Below are positions 56,551 through 64,000 of a stretch of DNA of 64,000 nt, one piece after another. Position numbers and translations under genes: made by a program. Every line of letters begins with the position of its first letter. Within the stretch, counting starts at the first letter, position 1. The notes below the pieces were generated by a model. The model did no database searches. It saw only the letters and a program-made list of their open reading frames with translations, and was not told the DNA's origin. The stretch is from Acutalibacteraceae bacterium (lineage in GTDB: Bacteria; Bacillota; Clostridia; Oscillospirales; Acutalibacteraceae), in contig JAZNGU010000055.1 of assembly GCA_045576615.1 (NCBI GenBank), forward strand, positions 1,415-65,414, given 5' to 3'.

Positions 56551-58224
56551 TCATTTGAATAAATAAACTCTTGTTTCGTAAGGCTTAGTTGTAAAGCCGT
56601 TTGCGGAAACCGATGTATCATCATAGTTTGAAAGAACACATTCACCTTTGGAAAGGTCAATTCCATCAGGTGCTTTAAAATTAACCGCATTTTCTGTAAA
56701 TGAAGCAACAACAAGAATCTTAACACCATCAAGGTTTCTTTCATATACAAAAAGCTCTTTGCTGTTTTTATAATATTGCTTGAAATCACCGTAAATAGCA
56801 ACCTCGTTTTCCTTACGGAATTTAAGAAGCTTGCGGTAGTAGTGAAGAATAGAATTTTCATCTGCTTCTGCAGCTGCAACGTTAATTTCCTTGTAGTTCG
56901 GGTTGAGGTTGAACCAGGGCTCTGCAGTTGAGAAACCGGCATAAGGACCGTCGTTCCATTGAACAGGTGTACGTGAGTTTTCACGTGAGCCTGCATTTGC
57001 CATCTTTATAAACCTCTCGTCACTGATATGAAGTTTTTTGAACAAAATTTGATTGTTGAAGGTAATCATATCTTTGAACTCATCAATTGATTTGAGTTCA
57101 ATGTTTGTCATACCGATTTCCTGACCCTGATAAATGAAAACTGTTCCTCTTTGAAGGTAACACATTGTTGCAAGCATTTTTGCACTTTCAACTCTGTATT
57201 TAAGGCTACCATAACGGTCAACAATACGCGGATGGTCATGGTTCTCAAGGTAAAGTGTATGCCAACCCTTGCCATTCATGGCGTCGTACCATTTTTGGTA
57301 ACACTTTTTCATTTTTTTAAGGCTGAAAGGTATCTTAATCCAGTCGGTCATAAAGCAGTCTGCTTCAAGGTGGTCGAAGCTGAACATTGTTTTAAGAACC
57401 TGAGTTTCGTGTTCTGTAACAAAGCGAAGAACCTTTTCAGGAGTGATAAGGGGACCTTCACCAACAGTAAAGCAATCGTATTTTGACAGAACATCATCAT
57501 GGAATTCTTTAAGATATTCGTAAAGATGAGGTCCACAATTATAATGCTCCATACCGCATGCAACAGGAATCGGAATAGCATTCGGAAGGCCTTCTCTTTT
57601 AGAGATATATGTAATAACGTCTTCACGGAAGCCGTCAACACCCATATCAAGCCAGAACTTCATAATGTTTTTAACCTCTTGGCGTACCTTTGGGTTATCC
57701 ATATTTAAGTCAGGCTGCCCCTTTGTGAATACGTGAAGATAGTATTCGTCAACAGATTCAACATATTCCCAGGCGCCACCTTCAAAGGTTGAAAGCCAGT
57801 TGTTAGGTGGCTTCTTTCCGTTTTTACCTTTGCCTTTACGCCAGATATAGTAGTCGTGGTAGGGGTTGTCAACGCTCTTGCAAGCCTCTTTAAACCACAT
57901 ATGCTCAGTTGATGTATGGTTGATAACAAGGTCCATAAATACTCTTATTCCTCGTTCATGGCAACCTGCAAGAACTTTTTTGAAGGTGTCCATATCACCG
58001 TATTCAGGGTTGATATCCATATAGTCGGCAATATCGTAACCATAGTCAGCATTAGGTGATTTGAAAAGTGGTGAAAACCAGATAGCATCTACACCAAGAC
58101 TTTTGATATAGTCAAGCTTTGAAAATATACCTTCAAGATCACCGATTCCGTCGCCGTTACCGTCGCAGAATGAACGGGGCCATACTTGATATACCACCAT
58201 TTCTTTATACCAGGATTTTTGCAT
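56551..58224 (-). CDS. GH13 alpha-glucosidase / oligo-1,6-glucosidase-type enzyme (cytoplasmic)
   Basis: 557 aa. WWKE-like WYKEMVVYQVWPRSF, DLVINHTS, GFREDV, ENHD motifs. Confidence 0.92.
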   Translation of the reverse strand: MQKSWYKEMVVYQVWPRSFCDGNGDGIGDLEGIFSKLDYIKSLGVDAIWFSPLFKSPNADYGYDIADYMDINPEYGDMDTFKKVLAGCHERGIRVFMDLVINHTSTEHMWFKEACKSVDNPYHDYYIWRKGKGKNGKKPPNNWLSTFEGGAWEYVESVDEYYLHVFTKGQPDLNMDNPKVRQEVKNIMKFWLDMGVDGFREDVITYISKREGLPNAIPIPVACGMEHYNCGPHLYEYLKEFHDDVLSKYDCFTVGEGPLITPEKVLRFVTEHETQVLKTMFSFDHLEADCFMTDWIKIPFSLKKMKKCYQKWYDAMNGKGWHTLYLENHDHPRIVDRYGSLKYRVESAKMLATMCYLQRGTVFIYQGQEIGMTNIELKSIDEFKDMITFNNQILFKKLHISDERFIKMANAGSRENSRTPVQWNDGPYAGFSTAEPWFNLNPNYKEINVAAAEADENSILHYYRKLLKFRKENEVAIYGDFKQYYKNSKELFVYERNLDGVKILVVASFTENAVNFKAPDGIDLSKGECVLSNYDDTSVSANGFTTKPYETRVYLFK

Positions 58225-58468
58225 AATAAAACCTCACTTATTTTCATAATCAATATAATTTTATCAAATGTAAAAAGAAAAAACAATAAAAGTTTGAAAT
58301 ATCGTGAATTTGTAATAATTTAACCCCTTGTATTTGTGTAAAAATTCGAGTTTCAATGACAAAATAACAAAAAATTAACATATAAGTTAAAAAATGCTAT
58401 GTACTTTTTTGAAAATATAATGTATAATGACAAAGTATGAACAGAAATCATCCTTGCGAGGTTATTAT

Positions 58469-59419
58469 ATGAAAAACACAACTAAAATCATTATCTCACT
58501 TTGTGTTGCATTGCTTATTGTGGCAACTGTGCTTGTTGTAAGCCTTGTTCAGAATAGCAACTCAGGTAAAGAAACCACAACCAAACCCGGTTATTCATTG
58601 CAGGCAACAAAAGCACCGTCAACAACAGGTGAAACAGAATCATGGGTTGACCTTGAGCAAATGGCAAGTGAGCTTGCAACTGCAACTGATACGACCGACC
58701 CCGCTGATACCACAACAGATACAACTGTTGCACCGGTGATTCAAACAACAATTGTTTACATAGTTTATTCAGAAACAAATGTAGCACCGCAACCTACCGT
58801 AAGCGCTACTAAAGATAACAATGCACCTGAAATGTCTGAGTATAAATATACTATTGATAAGAGTACCGGCAGCGCAGTAATCAATAAATATCTGGGCGAC
58901 GATTCTGTTGTTTGGATTCCTGAAAAAATCAGTGGTTATACTGTATCAGGGATTGGTAGTAAATGCTTTGAAAAGCAAAGCTTAAAAGGTGTAGTTATTC
59001 CTGAAACAGTAACAAGTGTCGGAAATAATGCATTCCAGGGTTGCACCAATTTAACCTCAGTTACTTTTAAGGGGGCACCTTCCACAATAACGGTTGGTAA
59101 TAATGCTTTCCAGAATTGTGTTAATCTCAAATCTATTAATCTTCCTGCGGCTAAGACAATCGGTAGCCTTGCTTTTGATAGCTGTACTTCTTTGGAAAAA
59201 ATCTCTCTTGAGTTTGGCACAGAGCAAATCGGTGATTGGTGTTTCCGTAACTGCACCAATCTTAAAGAGGTTGAAATTCCCGAAAGTGTAACTGTTATTG
59301 GTCAGGGTGCTTTCAGTGGTGAGCACAGAGAAGATATGGTTATTTACTGTGTTGAGGGTTCTGCCGGTCACGAGGCGGCTGACAGATACGGCATTAAAGC
59401 CGAATTTGTGGCATATTAA
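58469..59419 (+). CDS. Membrane-anchored surface protein with a Thr-rich linker and BspA-type LRR_5 repeats
   Basis: Start ATG 58469, behind GAGGT. N-terminal TM helix, T/P/A-rich spacer, then repeated F..C..L..V.. units. Confidence 0.8.
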   Translation: MKNTTKIIISLCVALLIVATVLVVSLVQNSNSGKETTTKPGYSLQATKAPSTTGETESWVDLEQMASELATATDTTDPADTTTDTTVAPVIQTTIVYIVYSETNVAPQPTVSATKDNNAPEMSEYKYTIDKSTGSAVINKYLGDDSVVWIPEKISGYTVSGIGSKCFEKQSLKGVVIPETVTSVGNNAFQGCTNLTSVTFKGAPSTITVGNNAFQNCVNLKSINLPAAKTIGSLAFDSCTSLEKISLEFGTEQIGDWCFRNCTNLKEVEIPESVTVIGQGAFSGEHREDMVIYCVEGSAGHEAADRYGIKAEFVAY

Positions 59420-59424
59420 ATATA

Positions 59425-59460
59425 AAAACTGTTACTTCTTTCGGGGTAACAGTTTTCTTT
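59425..59460 (+). terminator. Intrinsic terminator
   Basis: AAAACTGTTAC ... GTAACAGTTTT followed by CTTTTT. Confidence 0.8.
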
Positions 59461-59597
59461 TTAACACTTTGGACAACGTCTGTATATACTGTTATTGGAA
59501 TGAAAATAAGAATTAATTTTCCTTTCACTGATTATTTTTATTACCGTTGGGCAAAAATATGGTTGTAACAAATTTTGCCTTTTCGGAGAGTGATAGT

Positions 59598-59945
59598 TTG
59601 AACATTAAAAGAGGGGACATATATTATGCTGACCTTAGTCCTGTGGTTGGCTCAGAACAAGGCGGAGTCCGTCCCGTACTTATCGTTCAGAATGATATCG
59701 GCAATAAATACAGTCCCACTGTCATTGCTGCCGCCATAACCAGTCAGCAGTTCAAAACGAAATTGCCGACACACATAAGTGTTGATGCGGCAGTTTGCGG
59801 CCTTTCAAAAGATTCTGTGGTATTGCTTGAACAAATAAGAACGCTGGACAAACAACGCCTGAGAGAAAAAATGGGTAATCTTCCCGAAACAGATATGTCA
59901 AGAATAAACGATGCCCTGTCAGTCAGTGTAGGGCTTGATAAATAA
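59598..59945 (+). CDS. mazF: MazF/EndoA (PemK-family) mRNA interferase toxin
   Basis: Near-collinear with B. subtilis EndoA/NdoA: (I)KRGD(I/V)Y(Y/F)[18 protein letters not shown](I/V)(V/I)QNDIGN...KLPTH...DSV(V/I)LLEQIRT(L/I)DKQRL. Start set to TTG 59598, behind GGAGAG. The 17-aa track extension is not seen in EndoA. Confidence 0.88.
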   Translation: MNIKRGDIYYADLSPVVGSEQGGVRPVLIVQNDIGNKYSPTVIAAAITSQQFKTKLPTHISVDAAVCGLSKDSVVLLEQIRTLDKQRLREKMGNLPETDMSRINDALSVSVGLDK

Positions 59946-59983
59946 CAACACAGCGTATCTCTGATATGAGATACGCTGTTGTT
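59944..59983. terminator. Bidirectional terminator
   Basis: ACAGCGTATCTC-tgatat-GAGATACGCTGT with flanking AACAAC/GTTGTT. Confidence 0.8.
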
Positions 59984-60960
59984 TATATGCCGAACTTTTT
60001 TAATATTCGGTGTGGTTTTGAAAGCATATGTGTATTATATTCTTTCAGGTAAGTTTCGTGCCAACCTGCTCTGTAAAATCTTGGTCGTCTGTATGCTTCT
60101 TCTTTGTCTTGGTCAAAAATATGATATAAATACTCTTCTAATTTTTTGAACATAATGTTTTCATAGTCGGCTACATTATATCTGTATTCACATAACATTT
60201 CGATGAACAATTCATCGTTGTTATCTATTTCAATTACCTTTTCAACGGCTTTCTCGATAGAGGGATAAGAATAACAATTTATAAAAGCCTTTTCGTTGAA
60301 TTCAGTGTGAACTAACGGGTCTCCATAGTAAATCGGGATTGTGTGGCAACGGAATGCATCGCCCAATTTTTCGGAGGTGTATCCCGGGTAACATACACTC
60401 TCAGCCGAAATTGAGAACTTGCATTTTTTCATTAACTCTTTTTTAGTTCGGATTGTGTAAATTTCCCCATTGGGCATATTGTTGAATTGTTTACCCGCGC
60501 ATTCAACGCGTTTGTATTGTGATAAAACATTTAGAATTTCTTCACGTTTGCCGATAGCAGTGTCGTGTCCGAAAACATAATTGCAGAAGTATTCTTTATT
60601 TTTTAATTCTGCAACAGCTTCATCGCGAGTCAGTGGGGTAGAGGGTGCAAAACTGCCGTTATCACTCCAAAGATGTAAGGGAAAACGAAAACTTCTGTCA
60701 CCGAAGTCTATATAATCATAACCGATAAAATAATCGATAGCGTTGAAATCTGCACTCAAAAACTCACCAGTGTACATAATTCTGGGACAGTCATATTTAA
60801 TGTATTCGTATGCATCTCCCAAAGGAGAGCAAATTAAAAAATCAGGAGAAACCGAATCTAATACAACATTATAACGTTTCTTTAAAATGTACATAAACAT
60901 ATTGTTGTTATAGTCGAACGATTTCCAAAAGCCTGTGAAATATATTTTTATAGTTTTCAA
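59983..60960 (-). CDS. GT10-family glycosyltransferase (alpha-1,3/4-fucosyltransferase-like)
   Basis: 325 aa. N-terminal IKIYFTGFWKSFD. C-terminal KFSISAES...GYTSEKLGDAF..HTIPIYYG matches the FucT motif KF.(L/I)(A/S)FEN....GY.TEK..DA.....IPIYWG. Confidence 0.8.
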   Translation of the reverse strand: MKTIKIYFTGFWKSFDYNNNMFMYILKKRYNVVLDSVSPDFLICSPLGDAYEYIKYDCPRIMYTGEFLSADFNAIDYFIGYDYIDFGDRSFRFPLHLWSDNGSFAPSTPLTRDEAVAELKNKEYFCNYVFGHDTAIGKREEILNVLSQYKRVECAGKQFNNMPNGEIYTIRTKKELMKKCKFSISAESVCYPGYTSEKLGDAFRCHTIPIYYGDPLVHTEFNEKAFINCYSYPSIEKAVEKVIEIDNNDELFIEMLCEYRYNVADYENIMFKKLEEYLYHIFDQDKEEAYRRPRFYRAGWHETYLKEYNTHMLSKPHRILKKFGI

Positions 60961-61099
60961 TATGGTTCACCCCACTGTTCAGGTGCTCTTATTATAGCAC
61001 AAGTATTGGCGGTTTTCAATAACAAACATTTTAGTTGAAATACAAATGATATTAAGATATAATTATTGTTAGACAATGTATAAGGAAAGGTTGTTGACT

Positions 61100-62260
61100 A
61101 TGACACTTTCTTCTTTAAAGAAAAAAGAATTAATACCCAATGTTACTTTTTTTAAAGGGATAGCAATTTTTATGGTTTTGTTTGTGCATTCTACGCAAAG
61201 ATTTGCACTTCCTGTGTGGTTGAAAATGGTGGGCGGTTTTGGTCAAATGGGATGTCAGATTTTTTTCGTTTTGTCTGCTTTTACTCTGTGTTTGTCTTTT
61301 GATAGGAAGCAAACTAAATATTTTGAGTTCCTTAAGAAACGCGCTTCAAAATTTGCTGTGCCATATTGGACAATGCTTGCTGTATATGCGATTATAAGAG
61401 TTTTGGTTGCATATCGTGACAATGAGAGCATTATGCAAGCTTTGAATTTGCCCGGGATACTTATCAATGCACTGTTTCTTCACGGTTTTGTACCTGACAA
61501 ATTTATTATGAATGGTTTTGTTGCTGGCGGTTGGTTTTTGGGTACAGTGTTTGTGTTGTATGTTCTTTTTCCGTTAATGTACAAAATTTTCAATATCAGA
61601 AATCAAAAATGGCAAAAGCATAGAATATGGATTTTTCCTATGATTGCATTTTTGCCGGCTTCAACGATTTTGTTGGTTGCAGGTTCTTTGAATGAGGGTT
61701 TTTGTTGCGTCTCAAACAGCTTTACCTATTTTTCTTTTTTGAATCAATTAACTTGTTTTTGTTTAGGCTTTTCATTGTTTGAACTTCATAAGAAAGATTT
61801 GTTTTCAAAAATACGTTGCTCCGGCATAATAGGTTGTATTCTTTTAGTGCTTTCATTCGTATTGTTTTACTCAAATATAGAAAACATTTTTATTTTATTA
61901 CCAACTTTGGTTGGAATAGCATTTTTGTTTATTTATACTTTTTTTCAAAGTAATAAGAAATGCACATCTTTTGTTGAGAAAGATGGAAATATTATTGTTA
62001 AATTCTTTAACATGTTTGGTAAAAATAATCTGTATCTGTATCTTTCTCATCCGATGATTATGAGTAGGCTTGCAAAGATAGTTGTAAAAATTCTGAGAGA
62101 AATAGATGGTAACGAGTTGCTATGGTACATATTATTAGCTCCCGTAATGTTTGGCTTATCGTATTTGTTGGCTGTTATTTTCCGAAACTACATTAATTTT
62201 ATTGAAGATTTTATAAGGGTTATTACATCAAAAATCACAAAAAAAATTCAGAGAAACTAA
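61100..62260 (+). CDS. Acyltransferase family 3 (membrane O-acyltransferase)
   Basis: About 10 TM helices. N-terminal F.KGIAIF.V...H motif. Start set to ATG 61100, 9 nt after AAGGAAAGG; ATG 61076 is the alternative. Confidence 0.8.
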   Translation: MTLSSLKKKELIPNVTFFKGIAIFMVLFVHSTQRFALPVWLKMVGGFGQMGCQIFFVLSAFTLCLSFDRKQTKYFEFLKKRASKFAVPYWTMLAVYAIIRVLVAYRDNESIMQALNLPGILINALFLHGFVPDKFIMNGFVAGGWFLGTVFVLYVLFPLMYKIFNIRNQKWQKHRIWIFPMIAFLPASTILLVAGSLNEGFCCVSNSFTYFSFLNQLTCFCLGFSLFELHKKDLFSKIRCSGIIGCILLVLSFVLFYSNIENIFILLPTLVGIAFLFIYTFFQSNKKCTSFVEKDGNIIVKFFNMFGKNNLYLYLSHPMIMSRLAKIVVKILREIDGNELLWYILLAPVMFGLSYLLAVIFRNYINFIEDFIRVITSKITKKIQRN

Positions 62261-62304
62261 TTTCTTTTTATATGTTAACCTTTTGTTAAAACCCTCGACA
62301 TAAC

Positions 62305-62333
62305 TTGACAAGATACCTTTTGTAGTGTAATAT
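62305..62333 (+). promoter_or_regulatory. Sigma-A-type promoter for metK
   Basis: TTGACA (62305..62310), 17 nt, TAATAT (62328..62333). Confidence 0.6.
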
Positions 62334-62369
62334 TATTCTGTTATTTTGTGTACGTAGCGGAGGCTTATT

Positions 62370-63557
62370 ATGTCTAAAAGATACTTTACATCCGAATCTG
62401 TAACAGAAGGTCATCCCGATAAAGTTTGTGATCAGGTTTCTGACGCCATTCTTGATGCGATGCTCGCTCAGGATAAATATTCCCGTGTTGCTTGCGAAAC
62501 AACCTGCACAACAGGTATGGTAATGGTAATGGGTGAAATCACAACTAATGCTCAGGTTAATATTCCCGAAATTGTCCGCGAAGTTGTTTGCGACATTGGT
62601 TTTGATAACAATGAATGCGGTTTTGATGGTAACACCTGTGCAGTTTTCACTACTATTGACAAACAGTCTGCAGATATAGCCATGGGCGTTGATAAATCCT
62701 TTGAGCTTAAAGATGGTCAGGAAGATACATACAACCTTCACGGTGCAGGCGATCAGGGTATGATGTTCGGCTTTGCTTGTAATGATACAGAAGAACTTAT
62801 GCCCCTTCCTATTTCACTTGCTCATAAACTTGCCCTTCGTCTTACAGAAGTAAGAAAGAACGGAATTCTTTCATATCTTCGTCCCGACGGCAAAAGCCAG
62901 GTTACAATTGAATATGACGATAACGATAAACCCGTAAGAGTTGAAGCAGTTGTTGTTTCTTCTCAGCATGACCCTATTGATATTGAAATTCTTCGTAAGG
63001 ATATTATAGAGAATGTTATTAAACCTATTATTCCCGAAAAATATCTTGATGAGAATACAAAGTTCTACGTAAATCCCACAGGTAACTTTGTTATTGGAGG
63101 TCCTGTTGGTGATAGTGGTCTTACAGGTAGAAAAATCATTGTTGATACTTACGGTGGTTATTCCCGTCACGGTGGCGGTGCTTTCTCGGGTAAAGACCCA
63201 ACAAAAGTTGACAGAAGTGCTGCTTATGCCGCAAGATATGTTGCTAAAAATATAGTTGCTGCCGGTCTTGCTGATAAATGTGAACTTCAGCTTGCTTATG
63301 CTATCGGTGTTGCTCGTCCGCTTTCAGTTCGTGTTGATACTTTCGGAACAGGTAAGCTTTCTGATGCACAGCTCGAAGACCTTGTAAATAAATATTTTGA
63401 CCTTCGTCCTGCTGCAATTATTGAAAAGCTTGAATTGAGAAAGCCTCAGTACAGAGCGCTTGCTGCGTATGGTCATATGGGCAGAATTGACCTTGATGTT
63501 AAATGGGAGGAAACCGATATGGCAGAAACTCTCAAAAATGCGGCTGCCGCATTATAA
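62370..63557 (+). CDS. metK: S-adenosylmethionine synthase
   Basis: 395 aa. [43 protein letters not shown]. Confidence 0.97.
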   Translation: MSKRYFTSESVTEGHPDKVCDQVSDAILDAMLAQDKYSRVACETTCTTGMVMVMGEITTNAQVNIPEIVREVVCDIGFDNNECGFDGNTCAVFTTIDKQSADIAMGVDKSFELKDGQEDTYNLHGAGDQGMMFGFACNDTEELMPLPISLAHKLALRLTEVRKNGILSYLRPDGKSQVTIEYDDNDKPVRVEAVVVSSQHDPIDIEILRKDIIENVIKPIIPEKYLDENTKFYVNPTGNFVIGGPVGDSGLTGRKIIVDTYGGYSRHGGGAFSGKDPTKVDRSAAYAARYVAKNIVAAGLADKCELQLAYAIGVARPLSVRVDTFGTGKLSDAQLEDLVNKYFDLRPAAIIEKLELRKPQYRALAAYGHMGRIDLDVKWEETDMAETLKNAAAAL

Positions 63558-63574
63558 AAAGATTTTTAGGTGAA

Positions 63575-64000
63575 ATGGCAGAGAAAAACATACATTCAGG
63601 ACATAGAAAACGCGTAAAAGCTAATGTAATAAAGAACGGTTTTTCACAGCTTGAGGAGCATAAACTCCTCGAGCTGGTGCTATTTTATTCCATACCTCGT
63701 GAAGATACAAACGAATTAGCCCACAAGCTCATAAATCATTTCGGTTCCTTTGAGGATGTCTTCAAAGCCAATATAGAGCAATTGAAAAAGGTTGATGGAG
63801 TTGGAGATAATACTGCGGTAATGCTTGCTTCCATGGGCGAAACATTTTACAGGCTGGCGAAAGCTAAACCGCCAAAGAAAAAAGTTTATAAAACTACCGA
63901 GGATTTGAAAGAGCTTGTAGTTTCGCTTTTACATGGTGAAAATAATGAAAAAGTTATTCTTATGTGTTTTGACGAAACTAAAAAGTTGAAAAGATATACA
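63575..64000 (+). CDS. radC: RadC-family (UPF0758, JAB/MPN) protein, 3' end beyond the window
   Basis: Hand translation from ATG 63575: MAEKNIHSGHRKRVKANVIKNGFSQLEEHKLLELVLFYSIPREDTNELAHKLINHFGSFEDVFKANIEQLKKVDGVGDNTAVML... This is the typical RadC HhH N-region. The ORF runs off the window, so it is absent from the track. Confidence 0.8.
   Translation, partial: MAEKNIHSGHRKRVKANVIKNGFSQLEEHKLLELVLFYSIPREDTNELAHKLINHFGSFEDVFKANIEQLKKVDGVGDNTAVMLASMGETFYRLAKAKPPKKKVYKTTEDLKELVVSLLHGENNEKVILMCFDETKKLKRYT

Noticed and set aside
56547-56996. 149-aa minus-strand ORF in another frame of the GH13 gene
   Set aside because: It overlaps the GH13 CDS on the same strand, out of frame. The GH13 frame carries all the family motifs.
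62261-62369. Looked for a SAM-I (S-box) riboswitch upstream of metK, as is common in Firmicutes
   Set aside because: The spacer is only 109 nt, and a TTGACA-17-TAATAT promoter occupies 62305..62333. That leaves about 30 nt of leader before the RBS, too short for an S-box, and no conserved S-box blocks were seen.
62286-62741. 151-aa minus-strand ORF over the metK promoter and 5' end
   Set aside because: Antisense to metK. Cys-rich shadow ORF.
1-64000. Scanned for CRISPR arrays, rRNA/tRNA genes, transposases, integrases, phage structural genes and long tandem DNA repeats
   Set aside because: None recognised by eye. The only repeat-like structures are terminator palindromes, protein-level FN3/LRR module arrays, and the two hairpin elements reported as findings.

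Overview
This 64 kb window looks like chromosomal DNA from a low-GC, spore-forming Firmicute of class Clostridia. A dockerin-bearing protein, several BspA-type LRR proteins and GH5/GH13/GH36 genes suggest a Ruminococcaceae-like gut organism, but that is inference only. All calls come from reading the translations and the DNA by eye; no database search was run.

Most of the window is housekeeping. It includes hisB-H-A-F-IE, spoIIAA-spoIIAB-sigF, pgk-tpiA-gpmI, ychF, gpr-spoIIP, pgi, yceD-rpmF, a DUF512 radical-SAM gene plus der, and trmK/Nif3/rqcH. It also includes a DUF951 gene, prfA, a Sua5-type tsaC, coaE, an M18 aminopeptidase, a phosphohexomutase, metK and a partial radC.

Accessory islets are interspersed:
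- a cobalamin riboswitch driving a DUF4430 lipoprotein and an ECF S-component-like gene
- a CDP-glycerol/teichoic-acid-type islet
- an HTH-membrane fusion with a partner carrying a Tyr/Asp/Glu-rich tail
- a giant protein of about 10 FN3-like modules behind a terminator/antiterminator leader
- an aldo-keto reductase / lipoprotein / GH36 operon
- an apparently orphan mazF/ndoA toxin
- a GT10 fucosyltransferase plus acyltransferase-3 pair

The best candidate for an undescribed system is a minus-strand three-gene cassette at 27472..31530. It encodes a DUF2201-like VWA protein with a degenerate peptidase motif, then a cytoplasmic BspA-type LRR protein, then a MoxR/AAA_5-class ATPase. The last two genes overlap in an ATGA stop/start junction.

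The second most interesting signal is a roughly 278 nt structured element at 46589..46866, upstream of the DUF951 gene and prfA. It has 28 bp and 17 bp long-range helices whose non-Watson-Crick pairs are all G-U on the plus strand.

No rRNA, tRNA, CRISPR array, transposase, integrase or phage gene was seen.
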